Source of the DNA: Candidatus Sericytochromatia bacterium
GTDB lineage: Bacteria > Cyanobacteriota > Sericytochromatia > S15B-MN24 > JAQBPE01
NCBI GenBank assembly: GCA_035285325.1
Contig: JAYKJB010000021.1
Location: 18,549-82,548 of the forward strand
Reading direction: 5' to 3'
Length of the DNA stretch: 64,000 nucleotides
Shown here piece after piece: positions 1 through 9,077 of the stretch. The position numbers and the translations under genes were made by a program. Positions within the stretch are counted from its first letter, which is position 1. Every line of letters begins with the position of its first letter. The notes beneath the pieces are model-generated. The model saw only the letters and a program-made list of their open reading frames with translations, ran no database searches and was not told where the DNA came from.

Positions 1-15
1 GTCAGTCTGATTTCT

Positions 16-62
16 GAGCGGACCGCCGGCATCATTTCAGAGCGGTCGGCCGGCATCATTTC
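16..62 (+). repeat. Tandem near-identical 23-24 nt direct repeat upstream of the NHL protein gene: GAGCGG(A/T)C(C/G)GCCGGCATCATTTC at 16-38 and 40-62. A partial third copy (…GATTTC) is cut by the window start.
   Basis: Read directly from the sequence. The two copies differ at 2 positions and each contains a CCGGC/GCCGG mini-palindrome. They lie 25-70 nt upstream of the ATG at 88. Confidence 0.5.
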
Positions 63-87
63 CGACCGGGGGGACAGGCCGACGGCC

Positions 88-1917
88 GTGCAAGCGAGGT
101 CGGCGATGGGCCGCCTCGCCCCGGGTGACGCGGGGGCCGAGCGCATCTCGGCGCCAGAGAAGTTCCCGCGCCGGCTATTTCAAGCCCCAAACCTCGAGGA
201 AAGGCTGGTGGCTGGCGCTCGCGTGTACCTGGCTGATGCAGCCGGTCAGCGCATCCTGGGTTTACCCGAGGCTGTCACCAATGCCAAGGGAGAATTTACC
301 ATCGCCAAGGTCCCCCCGGACTACACCTTCGTGGTGGTGGCGGAAATTCCCACCGAATCAGGGCGCACCGCTGCGCTGCAGACGATCGTGCGCCCGACGG
401 CCATGGTGGTCGCCTCGAACATCGAAGCGGCCTCCACCCTGGTCGCAGCGGGCGTCCTGAGGGGGATCGCGGGACAGGACCTGGGGGCCTTCAACCCGGC
501 CGATTTTCGAACGGCCGTGGAAACCACGCGGGACAACCTGCGACCGGAAGATATACCGGACCTCACGGACCGCAGGGCGGTGTTGCGCCGCATCAGCGAG
601 CTGGTCAGTCGTATCGAAGGCCTCGAGGACAGCCTGGCTGACATGCGCAATGAATTGCGGAGCGTCCAAAAATCGCTCGATGAACTTAAAAATGATCTGT
701 CGCAACGACCCGCGCAGCCAGCGGGAAGCCCCACGCCTCCCCCCGCTGCCCAGTCCGTCTCCCGCGACGCGCCAGTTGCGACTGCCCCGATCGACGCCAA
801 AAATTCAGACGTGCCCGGCGGGGAGCAATCAGCGGCGGGACAAGTCCCCGTCGCGACCGGTGCGATCACGCTTCCAAAGCCAGTGACCAGCACGGAACCT
901 ACCCCCAGACCGACACCGGCGGCCACCACCACCCCTGCTGCCCCGGTCCTCTGGAAGGCACCGCTCGGCAAGGTCACCACGTTGGCGGGTTCCGCCCCGG
1001 GGACAGCGGTGGGCCCGGCCCAGACGGCCAGATTCTTCAGCCCGGAGGGTATCGCGCTCGGTCCGGATGGAAACCTGTACGTGACAGACACCAACAATCG
1101 CCGGATTTGTCGAATCAGCCCGGAAGGCCAGGTCTCGGTCTGGGCTGGTGGCACCCTGGGCAGTGTGGATGGCCCCCGCCTCTCAGCCAGCTTCGTGACG
1201 CCATCGCGGCTGGCCTTCGGGCCTGACGGCAGCCTTTACGTCACCGACACCAATGCCTGCCGCATCCGAAAAATCTCGCCCGATGGCATGGTGTCCACGC
1301 TGGCCGGTTCCAATGCAGGCTTTGCCGACGGCCCGGGCCTCATCGCCAAGTTCGATGCGCCCGTTGGATTGTCGGTAGCGCCCGATGGCACCGTGTTTGT
1401 GGCCGACAGCTTGAACAACCGCATTCGCAAGATCAGTCCCCAGGGAATCGTCTCGACGCTGGCGGGATCCCAGGAAGGTTACCTCGACGGGCCGGGGACA
1501 ATGGCACAATTCTACAGCCCGTTTGACCTGGTTTGGCGACCGGATGGCGGCTTGATCGTGGCGGATACCTACAACGACCGGTTGCGGGCGATCGCCCCGG
1601 ATGGGACGGTCACATCCTTGACGCGAGGCGAAATGGGGCTGCGCGACGGGCCTATCGCACAGGCACAATTCGCTCTGCCAAACGGACTGGCGCTGGCACC
1701 CGATGGCAGTCTGTACATCTCGGATGTCGGAAATGATCGGATCCGGGTCATCAGCGCCGACGGCCTCGTCAGCACCCTGGCTGGTTCGCTGATGGGCTTT
1801 GCGGACGGCCAAGGCAGTGCCGCCAGGTTCAACACGCCCTCAGGCTTGGCGCTGGGCCCGGATGGTAGTCTGTACGTGGTCGACCTCGATAACCATCGGA
1901 TTCGCCTGATTCGCTGA
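88..1917 (+). CDS. NHL-repeat beta-propeller protein with N-terminal coiled-coil and a Pro/Thr-rich linker
   Basis: The C-terminal half carries about six repeats of the type 'G.LY[VI][TA]D..N.RIR.IS..G.VS..AG', the NHL signature. The middle region is a PT/PA-rich low-complexity linker. A heptad-like stretch 'ISELVSRIEGLEDSLADMRNELRSVQKSLDELKNDL' suggests a coiled-coil. Confidence 0.75.
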   Translation: MQARSAMGRLAPGDAGAERISAPEKFPRRLFQAPNLEERLVAGARVYLADAAGQRILGLPEAVTNAKGEFTIAKVPPDYTFVVVAEIPTESGRTAALQTIVRPTAMVVASNIEAASTLVAAGVLRGIAGQDLGAFNPADFRTAVETTRDNLRPEDIPDLTDRRAVLRRISELVSRIEGLEDSLADMRNELRSVQKSLDELKNDLSQRPAQPAGSPTPPPAAQSVSRDAPVATAPIDAKNSDVPGGEQSAAGQVPVATGAITLPKPVTSTEPTPRPTPAATTTPAAPVLWKAPLGKVTTLAGSAPGTAVGPAQTARFFSPEGIALGPDGNLYVTDTNNRRICRISPEGQVSVWAGGTLGSVDGPRLSASFVTPSRLAFGPDGSLYVTDTNACRIRKISPDGMVSTLAGSNAGFADGPGLIAKFDAPVGLSVAPDGTVFVADSLNNRIRKISPQGIVSTLAGSQEGYLDGPGTMAQFYSPFDLVWRPDGGLIVADTYNDRLRAIAPDGTVTSLTRGEMGLRDGPIAQAQFALPNGLALAPDGSLYISDVGNDRIRVISADGLVSTLAGSLMGFADGQGSAARFNTPSGLALGPDGSLYVVDLDNHRIRLIR

Positions 1918-1934
1918 ATCACCTCAGAAGCGTC

Positions 1935-2828
1935 GTGGAACCTACCCTCATGTCACGCCTTGCCTCACTGTGCGCCTTGCTTTCGATCCTCGCGCTGCCG
2001 ACGACCAGTCTGGCCTTTCCAGCCCCCTTGCCTCCCGAACAGGGCCAGTGGGCCAAACTGGTCGCCAACTTGCCGCGTGAGACCAACGTGGGCCGCCGCA
2101 CCCATCAGGTGGGACGTGCTCTGCTCGGACAACCCTATCTCGCTGGTAGCCTGAATACTTTCCAGCCCTCCCACCAGGACGAACCGGTGGTGGCACGGTT
2201 CGATGGGTTCGATTGCGTCACCTTGGTTGAAACCGCCCTGGCGATCGCCCGAGCGGAGGATCTGGGAGAACGCTCCTGGAGTGCATTCAAACGAGAACTT
2301 GAGCGGGTCCGGTATCGTGACGGGCATCAGCGAGGCTACGTCAGTCGCTTGCATTACTTCAGCGAATGGCTTCGTGACAATGATCGACGCGGGATCGTTC
2401 AAGACCTCACGGCCAGTTTGGGCGGTGTCGAAGACCGGCGGCCCCTGAACTTCATGTCCACGCACCGCGCAGCCTATCGAAATCTGGCTTCGGATGCGAC
2501 GTTCGCTGCCATCCAGGGAGTCGAAAGCCGCCTGAGCCAGCAGGCGCGTTGGGTCATTCCCAAGGCAAAACTCAGCAGCGTGATGCCCCTGTTGCAATCG
2601 GGTGACATTGTGGCCTTCGCGACGGACATCGATGGACTCGATGTCGTGCATACCGGGCTGATCGAACGGGGGGAGGATGGCGAGGTTCGTTTGCTCCACG
2701 CTCCCCAGCCCGGTGAGGTCGTCCAGGTCAGCCGAAAGAACCTGATGGACTACACCAGCGGCATCGCGCGACAGGTGGGGCTCATGGTGGCGCGGCCACT
2801 CCCTCCCGCGCGCACCGTTCAACCTTGA
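1935..2828 (+). CDS. Secreted hypothetical protein, possibly DUF1460/amidase-like
   Basis: N-terminal signal peptide 'LASLCALLSILALPTTSLA'. An FDGFDCVTLVE motif is reminiscent of DUF1460-type cell-wall amidase-like proteins. The functional label is weak. Confidence 0.5.
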   Translation: MEPTLMSRLASLCALLSILALPTTSLAFPAPLPPEQGQWAKLVANLPRETNVGRRTHQVGRALLGQPYLAGSLNTFQPSHQDEPVVARFDGFDCVTLVETALAIARAEDLGERSWSAFKRELERVRYRDGHQRGYVSRLHYFSEWLRDNDRRGIVQDLTASLGGVEDRRPLNFMSTHRAAYRNLASDATFAAIQGVESRLSQQARWVIPKAKLSSVMPLLQSGDIVAFATDIDGLDVVHTGLIERGEDGEVRLLHAPQPGEVVQVSRKNLMDYTSGIARQVGLMVARPLPPARTVQP

Positions 2829-2910
2829 GCGGACCTTCCCAAAGGCAGGGGCCAGTCAGCGTCAATCAAACTCGCCGCGGGGCAGAGACAACGGGCCGGG
2901 ACCCTGTGGG

Positions 2911-4212
2911 CTAGGGATAGAACCCGCGCAAAGAGGCCGCCTCGAACAGGCGCTCAAGCGCGATCGTATGGGCCGCCTCACGGTAGCTCAGGCCGTCACG
3001 TTCAGCCCGGGAGGCCACTTGTTGCCAGGTGCGGAGCACGAGATCACGCAGGCGGCCCGTCACTTCTTCCTCCGTCCAGAACAACTGATTGTTGTCCTGA
3101 ACCCATTCGAAGTAGCCGACCAAGACTCCTCCCGCATTCGCGATGAGGTCCGGGAGCACCACAATTCCACGTTCGGCGAGGAGCCGGTCCGCCTCAGGGG
3201 TGACGGGCATGTTGGCACACTCGAGAATGACGCCCGCCCGGATCAGTCCCGCATTGCTGCGCGTCACCTGAGCGGACAGGGAGGCCGGCACAAGAATGTC
3301 GCAATCGAGTTGCAACAGTTCCTCTTCCGACATCCGAACGGCCGCCTCGACGCCCTCCAGCAGGCGGTGCGCGTCGACGTGGCGCAGCAGCGCGTGGACG
3401 TCGAATCCTTCCGGCGAATACCAGGCGCCGCTGCGATCGCTGACCCCCACAATGATGGCACCATCGCGATATAGCAGCTGGGACAGCACCCGCCCCAGCT
3501 TGCCGAAGCCTTCAATCACCACCCGCTTTCCACGCACGTCCTCGCCACGCCCTCGCAGGAAGTCCTTGAGCAGGAAATAGGCCCCCTTACCCGCCGAGTC
3601 ACCGGCCAATTGGGTGCCACCAATGACCAGCGGCTTGCCTGTCACGGCCGCCGGCAAGGCATAGCCACGGTTGACGCTCAGGGTGTCCATCATCCAGGCC
3701 ATCTCCCGGCCACTGGTGCTGATATCAGGCCGCGGGATGTCTTTTTTCGGGTCGAAGACCGTCACCATGTCGGAGGTATAGCGCCGGGTCAGACGCTCCA
3801 GTTCCCCCTGCGACATCTGATAAGGGTCAGCCGTCACGCCGCCTTTGGCTCCTCCAAAAGGGATGCCGAGCAAGGCGCACTGCCAGCTCATCAACAAGGC
3901 GAGCGCCGTCACCCCGTCAAGGTCGACTTCAGGATGGAAGCGCACCCCGCCATAGTAGGGGCCGAGGACATTGGAGTGTTGAACCCGATAGCCTGGAAAG
4001 ACCGTGATCTCTCCACTATCGAGTCGCACGGGGGAGTAGGTTTGGATCACCTTGTTCGGCGTGAAGATCCATTCCTGAAATCCTTCAGAAATTCGGAGGC
4101 CCGAGGCGGCCTTCGCCAGCCTCAGGCGCGCTTGCCCCAGCAGGTCCTTGCGGCCCCGATATTGCGCTGGCAAGCGGTTGGTCAGCTGTTGTGCATCGGT
4201 CGCTGAAGTCAT
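2911..4212 (-). CDS. gdhA: Glutamate dehydrogenase (Glu/Leu/Phe/Val dehydrogenase family)
   Basis: Contains 'GIPFGGAKGGV', the catalytic Lys-glycine-rich motif, and a Rossmann-type 'GFGKLG' NAD(P)-binding site. The ATG at 4212-4210 follows an AGGAGG RBS at 9 nt spacing. The track ORF extends to 4275. Confidence 0.9.
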   Translation of the reverse strand: MTSATDAQQLTNRLPAQYRGRKDLLGQARLRLAKAASGLRISEGFQEWIFTPNKVIQTYSPVRLDSGEITVFPGYRVQHSNVLGPYYGGVRFHPEVDLDGVTALALLMSWQCALLGIPFGGAKGGVTADPYQMSQGELERLTRRYTSDMVTVFDPKKDIPRPDISTSGREMAWMMDTLSVNRGYALPAAVTGKPLVIGGTQLAGDSAGKGAYFLLKDFLRGRGEDVRGKRVVIEGFGKLGRVLSQLLYRDGAIIVGVSDRSGAWYSPEGFDVHALLRHVDAHRLLEGVEAAVRMSEEELLQLDCDILVPASLSAQVTRSNAGLIRAGVILECANMPVTPEADRLLAERGIVVLPDLIANAGGVLVGYFEWVQDNNQLFWTEEEVTGRLRDLVLRTWQQVASRAERDGLSYREAAHTIALERLFEAASLRGFYP

Positions 4213-4422
4213 CGCTTCATGCCTCCTGATCGAATTCCCGGAATGTCCGGTCAGGGAACGCCTTCGACTACCCACACCTTAACACGAGCTTCGCTGGGTT
4301 GGGGACCGTTCCTGTTCAGGTCGCCCGCTTGAGGGACGGCGATCGCCGGGATAGAATGAACGCCAGCGGGAACCAGCATCACGCTGGCCCTTGTCACAGT
4401 GACAGGAAGGAAGTTCGACCCC

Positions 4423-4800
4423 ATGGCTGAACAACACGGCTCCGCCCTCCAAGAACTCAACATCAGGATGCAAGATGGGCGCGTGCTGGTGCTGCATCGA
4501 AACCACGCCGACCAGTTGGTGGCGACCAGCCAGCCTCATCGGTCCGCGGAATTGCGGGGGTTTGGCCCCTGGCCCAGTTGGGATGCCAACCGCCGGCAAG
4601 CGACACTGACCGAACCAGACGAGGAATCAGGCCTGTTCGAGCCGGAACGTCTTTTCGTTTTGCGCGAGCAGTACGCCTTTCTCGCGCCCGGCGCGCAATC
4701 GCCAGCGGCTGACTACGTGTCAATGGGCCCGATCGACCGGGCGTGGTGGAGCGGCACGGAACACATCGTGCAAGCCCGCCAGCGCGCCGGCAAACACTGA
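4423..4800 (+). CDS. Hypothetical protein
   Basis: ORF 4399-4800 with an internal ATG at 4423 (MAEQHGS…). It is followed directly by a perfect 11-bp intrinsic terminator hairpin, which supports it being a real transcript unit. No recognisable domain. Confidence 0.5.
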   Translation: MAEQHGSALQELNIRMQDGRVLVLHRNHADQLVATSQPHRSAELRGFGPWPSWDANRRQATLTEPDEESGLFEPERLFVLREQYAFLAPGAQSPAADYVSMGPIDRAWWSGTEHIVQARQRAGKH

Positions 4801-4812
4801 ACCGCCCTCTCA

Positions 4813-4849
4813 AAGCGCCCCGCGCGCCACGCGTCCGGGGCGCTTTCAC
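4813..4849 (+). terminator. Rho-independent terminator
   Basis: AAAGCGCCCCG (4813-4823), a 12-nt loop, then CGGGGCGCTTT (4836-4846) followed by TTCAC. This is a perfect 11-bp stem 13 nt after the stop at 4800. Confidence 0.6.
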
Positions 4850-5033
4850 TGCGTCTACCCCCACAAACGGCAAGCCCCCCGTCGCTTGGCCGACGAGGAG
4901 CTTGCCTTGGGGGGGATAGGGTACCGGTGTGTGGTAGACCGGTCCTTTCGGACCACTGGCGATGCCAGCAATTTCATACTAATCGGGCCCCCACGTTGGA
5001 TATAGGATCTCTGTCACAGAGTGATCAGAACGG

Positions 5034-5645
5034 ATGCAGACCTCACTCGTCCCCCTCCGAAACTGGTTCGCACAACACGACCGTCGCACGCTTCCAGAGG
5101 GTGTCCGCCCGGCCTGCGTGCTGGTCGCCCTCTGGCCGGGGGCCAACGGTTGGCAGGTGGTGTTCACCCGGCGAAGCGAGAGGTTGAACACCCACCCTGG
5201 AGAGATCAGCTTTCCGGGTGGTCGAATCGAGCCAGGGGAACTGAGACCGGAAGACACGGCCCTGAGAGAAGCCGAGGAAGAACTGGGTCTGGCGGCCGCC
5301 CACGTCGATGTGATCGGCTGCCTGGATGACGTCAGCACCCTCAAGGCCGTCCGGATCACGCCCGTGGTCGCGGTGATTCCAGCGGCGTATCCGTTTGCGA
5401 TCCAGCACGATGAGGTGGCGGAGGTTTTCTCCGTTCCCTGGCGGACCTTCCTGGATCCGGCGCAACGTCAGGAAACCTGGTGGTCCCGCGACGCGGGCAC
5501 GCCGGCCCGGCAGATCATCTTCTATCAAGCGGGGCCCCACCTGATCTGGGGCGCCACTGCTCGCATCATCGACACCTGGGTCTCTGCCCTCACAGCGCAG
5601 GGCAGGCAGGGAGCAGAGGTGCTCCAAATGCTCTCCGGAGGCTGA
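5034..5645 (+). CDS. NUDIX hydrolase, CoA pyrophosphatase (NudL-like)
   Basis: Nudix box 'GGRIEPGELRPEDTALREAEEELGL' (GX5EX7REUXEEXGU) and the CoA-pyrophosphatase-type N-terminus 'ACVLVALW…FTRRSERLNTHPGEISFPGG'. Confidence 0.8.
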   Translation: MQTSLVPLRNWFAQHDRRTLPEGVRPACVLVALWPGANGWQVVFTRRSERLNTHPGEISFPGGRIEPGELRPEDTALREAEEELGLAAAHVDVIGCLDDVSTLKAVRITPVVAVIPAAYPFAIQHDEVAEVFSVPWRTFLDPAQRQETWWSRDAGTPARQIIFYQAGPHLIWGATARIIDTWVSALTAQGRQGAEVLQMLSGG

Positions 5646-5655
5646 AAAGGGCCAC

Positions 5656-5685
5656 TTGACGGGGCTTGCAACCCAGGCGTAAGCT
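5656..5685 (+). promoter_or_regulatory. Candidate sigma70-type promoter upstream of lipA (TTGACG, about 18 nt, TAAGCT)
   Basis: -35 TTGACG at 5656-5661 and -10 TAAGCT at 5680-5685, about 35-65 nt upstream of the lipA start candidates. Confidence 0.35.
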
Positions 5686-5751
5686 GGAACATTCAGTCCT
5701 GAAGCACCGTGCGACGCCTTGGCTGTCGCCGTGCCCCTGCGGAACCCGTCT

Positions 5752-6657
5752 ATGACCACCTCAGCCCCCAAACCAGCCTGGCTCAAGGTTCGTCCTCCTG
5801 CCGGAGAACGCTACCAGTTCATCAAGGGGCGCCTTCGCCAACTGGGTCTCGCCACGGTCTGCGAGGAGGCACGCTGTCCCAACGTGGCGGAGTGCTGGGG
5901 AGGCGGTACCGCCACCATCATGGTGATGGGAGACACCTGCACCCGCGGATGCCGTTTTTGCGCCGTCAAAACCAATCGGGTCGGACGCCCGATCGATCCC
6001 GAGGAGCCCATCAAGGTGGCAGGGATGCTGGCGCAACTCGAACTGGACTACGTGGTGATCACTTCGGTCGACCGTGACGACCTGCCCGACCAAGGGGCGG
6101 GACATTTCGCCGCGGTGATCAGGGAGGTGAAAGCGCGGCGCCCCGACATGCTGGTCGAGGTGCTCATTCCTGACTTTCGTGGCGAGCGGGGATTGATCCG
6201 CCTGGTGGCCGACGCGGGGCCTGACGTGATCGCCCACAACGTGGAAACGGTCGCGCGTCTCACGCCCCGTGTGCGCGACCCACGCGCGAACTACCAGCAG
6301 TCACTGGACGTGCTTCGGGTGGTCAAGGAGCATGCCCCCGCGATTGCGACCAAGACGTCGTTGATGATCGGCCTCGGTGAGACAGAGGCGGAAGTGGCGG
6401 AGGCCTTGCGAGACCTGCGCGCGGTCGACTGCGAAATTGTGACCTTTGGCCAGTACCTGCAGCCGACGGCCAAGCATCTCCCTGTGGTAGAGTACGTGCG
6501 CCCGGAGGTATTCGCCGCCTACGAGGACCTGGGCAAACGCCTCGGGTTTCGCTACGTGGCTTCAGGTCCGCTCGTGCGGAGTTCCTACCGAGCCGGCGAA
6601 CTGTTCATCAAGGGGATGCTCGAGGCGCGGAAATCCCCCGCCGTGGCCCATCCCTGA
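5752..6657 (+). CDS. lipA: Lipoyl synthase (radical SAM)
   Basis: 'CEEARCPNVAECW' is the auxiliary cluster and 'GDTCTRGCRFCAV' is the radical-SAM CxxxCxxC site. The C-terminus is typical of LipA. An alternative upstream start at 5719 is possible. Confidence 0.92.
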   Translation: MTTSAPKPAWLKVRPPAGERYQFIKGRLRQLGLATVCEEARCPNVAECWGGGTATIMVMGDTCTRGCRFCAVKTNRVGRPIDPEEPIKVAGMLAQLELDYVVITSVDRDDLPDQGAGHFAAVIREVKARRPDMLVEVLIPDFRGERGLIRLVADAGPDVIAHNVETVARLTPRVRDPRANYQQSLDVLRVVKEHAPAIATKTSLMIGLGETEAEVAEALRDLRAVDCEIVTFGQYLQPTAKHLPVVEYVRPEVFAAYEDLGKRLGFRYVASGPLVRSSYRAGELFIKGMLEARKSPAVAHP

Positions 6658-6679
6658 CCCCTCCGGAGGAGTATCGCGC

Positions 6680-7654
6680 ATGCCGACGATGAACATCATC
6701 CAAGCCGTCAATGACGCCTTGCGGCGAGAGATGCGTCGGGACGAACGGGTGGTCGTGCTCGGGGAGGACGTGGGGCGCTTCGGCGGTGTGTTCCGCGCCA
6801 CCACGGGCTTGCAGGAAGAGTTCGGGAGTGGGCGGGTGCTCGACACGCCGCTGGCCGAGAATGGAATCATTGGGGCCGCCATCGGCATGGCGCTCTACGG
6901 TCTGCGCCCGGTGCCTGAGATTCAGTTCGCAGATTTCGCCTACCCCGCCTTTGACCAACTGACCAACGAACTGGCCAAGTTCCGATTCCGCTCAGGTGGT
7001 CAGTATCCCTGCCCTGTGGTGGTCCGCATGCCCGTTGGGGGCGGCATCAAGGGGGGACATTACCACTCCCAACACAACGAGACCTATTTTGCCCATACCG
7101 CTGGGCTGGTGGTTGTGTGCCCGTCCAATCCGGTCGATGCCAAGGGCCTGCTGGCATCGGCCATCCGAAGCGATGACCCCGTCATTTTCATGGAGCCCAA
7201 ACGGGTGTATCGCGCGGCCCGGGCTGACGTCCCTGAAGACGACTACCTCACGCCCATTGGTAAAGCCGCCTGCCTCCGAGAAGGACGCGGCCTGACGGTG
7301 CTGACTTATGGAGCCGTCACGCACACCGTGCTGGAGGCTGCTGTCGAAGCCGAAAAGCGCGGAATGGACCCGGAAATCCTCGACCTGCGTACCCTGATTC
7401 CCCTCGATATCGACGCCGTGCTCACCTCCGTCCGCAAGACGAGGCGCTGCGTGATCGTGCATGAAGCGCCCCGGACCCTGGGATTCGGCGCGGAACTTGC
7501 GGCCCTGATCACGGAACACGCCTTCTGGCATCTTGAAGCGCCCGTGCTCCGCGTCACCGGATACGATACGCCCTTTCCCTACACACTCGAACACGAATAC
7601 CTGCCGGACACAGCGCGAATCCTCGCTGCGTTCACGCGGGTTCTCGCCGTCTGA
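6680..7654 (+). CDS. 2-oxoacid dehydrogenase E1 component beta subunit (transketolase-like)
   Basis: 'MPTMNIIQAVNDALRREMRRDERVVVLGEDVG…' is the canonical E1-beta N-terminus. 'FMEPKRVYR' and the C-terminal transketolase-C fold motifs are present. A GGAGG RBS lies 10 nt upstream. There is no E1-alpha gene upstream: the gap to lipA is 22 nt. Confidence 0.9.
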   Translation: MPTMNIIQAVNDALRREMRRDERVVVLGEDVGRFGGVFRATTGLQEEFGSGRVLDTPLAENGIIGAAIGMALYGLRPVPEIQFADFAYPAFDQLTNELAKFRFRSGGQYPCPVVVRMPVGGGIKGGHYHSQHNETYFAHTAGLVVVCPSNPVDAKGLLASAIRSDDPVIFMEPKRVYRAARADVPEDDYLTPIGKAACLREGRGLTVLTYGAVTHTVLEAAVEAEKRGMDPEILDLRTLIPLDIDAVLTSVRKTRRCVIVHEAPRTLGFGAELAALITEHAFWHLEAPVLRVTGYDTPFPYTLEHEYLPDTARILAAFTRVLAV

Positions 7655-7669
7655 TTGAAGGAGTCGCCC

Positions 7670-9001
7670 ATGAGTCACGTCACCCTCGTCGAGATCCAAC
7701 CCGGCCAATTCGAATTCCGGCTGCCTGACATTGGTGAAGGCGTCGTGGAGGGCGAGATTGTCAAGTGGCTGGTCGCGGAAGGGCAAGCCATCAAAGAAGA
7801 CGAACCGATTGTGGAGATCATGACGGACAAGGCGACGGTGGAAATTCCCAGTCCCAAGTCCGGGACGGTGGCCCGACGGTTCTGGACAGAGGGTCAGATC
7901 TGCCCGGTGGGTCAGGCGTTGGTTCTGATCGTGTCGGAGGGGTCGGTCGGAGCTGCGGCGCTCCCCGTGACGGAAGTCGACGCGCCGGCCAAACAGGAAG
8001 TCGTCGTGGCCGTGGCGTCAGGCTCGAGCAATGGGCACGGGTCGGTCAAGGCCGGCACCGCGGTGCTGGAGCGACCGTCCGGAGAGAGGGCCTTGGCGGC
8101 GCCGGCCACGCGGAAGTTGGCGCGTGACCTGGGGGTGGACCTTCAACTGGTCCCAGGTTCCGGCCCTCACGGGCGGGTGACCCGCGATGACGTCCAGGCC
8201 TTCGCAGCAGGGCCAACACTCGCTCCGGTCGCCTCGGTTCCTGCCATTCCTGTGGCCGTGGCAGCGACGTCACCTGCCATCTCCATCGCCGCCGGCCCGG
8301 GCGACGAGCGTCGCCCCTTGCGTGGATTGCGTCGCAAGATCGCCGAGAAAATGGTGCAGTCGGCCTTCACCGCCCCGCACGTCACGACCTTCGACGAGGT
8401 CGACATGACGGCCTTGGTGGGCTTGCGCCAGCGCATGAAGCCTCGCGCCGAGGCATTGGGCGTCAAACTGAGCTACATGCCGTTTTTCATCAAGGCCGTG
8501 ATTGCAGCGCTCAAACAGTTTCCGAGCTTCAACGCCAGCCTGGACGACACGACTCAGGAAATTGTGATCAAGCGCGACTATCACATCGGCTTCGCGGCGG
8601 CGACCGATAACGGGTTGCTCGTCCCGGTCATCCGCCATGCGGACCGCAAGAGCCTCTTGGAGATTGCTCGCGACATGGCAGACATCGCGGCTCGAACGCG
8701 TGCCGGAAAGGCCACGGCAGAGGAACTCTCGGGAAGCACCTTCACGATCTCGAACGTGGGTTCCATCGGCGGTCTGTTTGCCACTCCGATCATCAACCAT
8801 CCGGAGGTGGCCATCCTCGGGGTGAACAACATGCAGAAGCGGGCGGTTGTGCTGGAGGATGGCACGTTGGCCGCGCGGGACATGATGTATCTCGGACTGT
8901 CCTTCGACCACCGCGTGAATGACGGCGCGGAGGCTGTCCTGTTCCTGAATGCCGTGATCGGCTACCTGAAGGACCCCGAAACCCTGTTGATGACGCTCTG
9001 A
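7670..9001 (+). CDS. Dihydrolipoamide acyltransferase (E2) with lipoyl, E3-binding and catalytic domains
   Basis: Lipoyl-lysine motif 'IMTDKATVEIPSP', peripheral subunit-binding domain 'RKLARDLGVDLQLVPGSGPHGRVTRDDV', and catalytic 'DHRVNDGAEA'. The ATG at 7670 follows an AAGGAG RBS. Confidence 0.9.
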   Translation: MSHVTLVEIQPGQFEFRLPDIGEGVVEGEIVKWLVAEGQAIKEDEPIVEIMTDKATVEIPSPKSGTVARRFWTEGQICPVGQALVLIVSEGSVGAAALPVTEVDAPAKQEVVVAVASGSSNGHGSVKAGTAVLERPSGERALAAPATRKLARDLGVDLQLVPGSGPHGRVTRDDVQAFAAGPTLAPVASVPAIPVAVAATSPAISIAAGPGDERRPLRGLRRKIAEKMVQSAFTAPHVTTFDEVDMTALVGLRQRMKPRAEALGVKLSYMPFFIKAVIAALKQFPSFNASLDDTTQEIVIKRDYHIGFAAATDNGLLVPVIRHADRKSLLEIARDMADIAARTRAGKATAEELSGSTFTISNVGSIGGLFATPIINHPEVAILGVNNMQKRAVVLEDGTLAARDMMYLGLSFDHRVNDGAEAVLFLNAVIGYLKDPETLLMTL

Positions 9002-9077
9002 ATCGTCACCGACTCTCCCCGCCGCGCAACCTCGCCGGGCCGTGCGCGCGCAACCCCTGCTCCGAAGGAGTTTTCGC

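Noticed and set aside
321-1154. A long antisense ORF (277 aa) opposite the NHL gene. Many similar ones exist, including 1965-2822(-), 9432-10550(-), 10527-11651(+), 11934-12986(+), 12709-13353(+), 19871-20707(+), 25942-26799(-), 36638-37612(-), 40545-41630(-), 44104-44877(-), 46151-47044(+), 48762-49754(+), 50770-52158(+), 52377-53021(+), 59443-60591(+), 61073-61816(+) and 62769-63347(+).
   Set aside because: High-GC genomes generate long stop-free shadow frames. Each of these overlaps a gene with strong family-level motifs on the other strand, and their products are Arg/Pro/Gly-rich low-complexity sequences without recognisable domains.
6658-6679. Possibility that an E1-alpha gene is hidden between lipA and E1-beta.
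   Set aside because: The gap is 22 nt and contains only the E1-beta RBS. No frame upstream encodes a TPP-binding alpha subunit.
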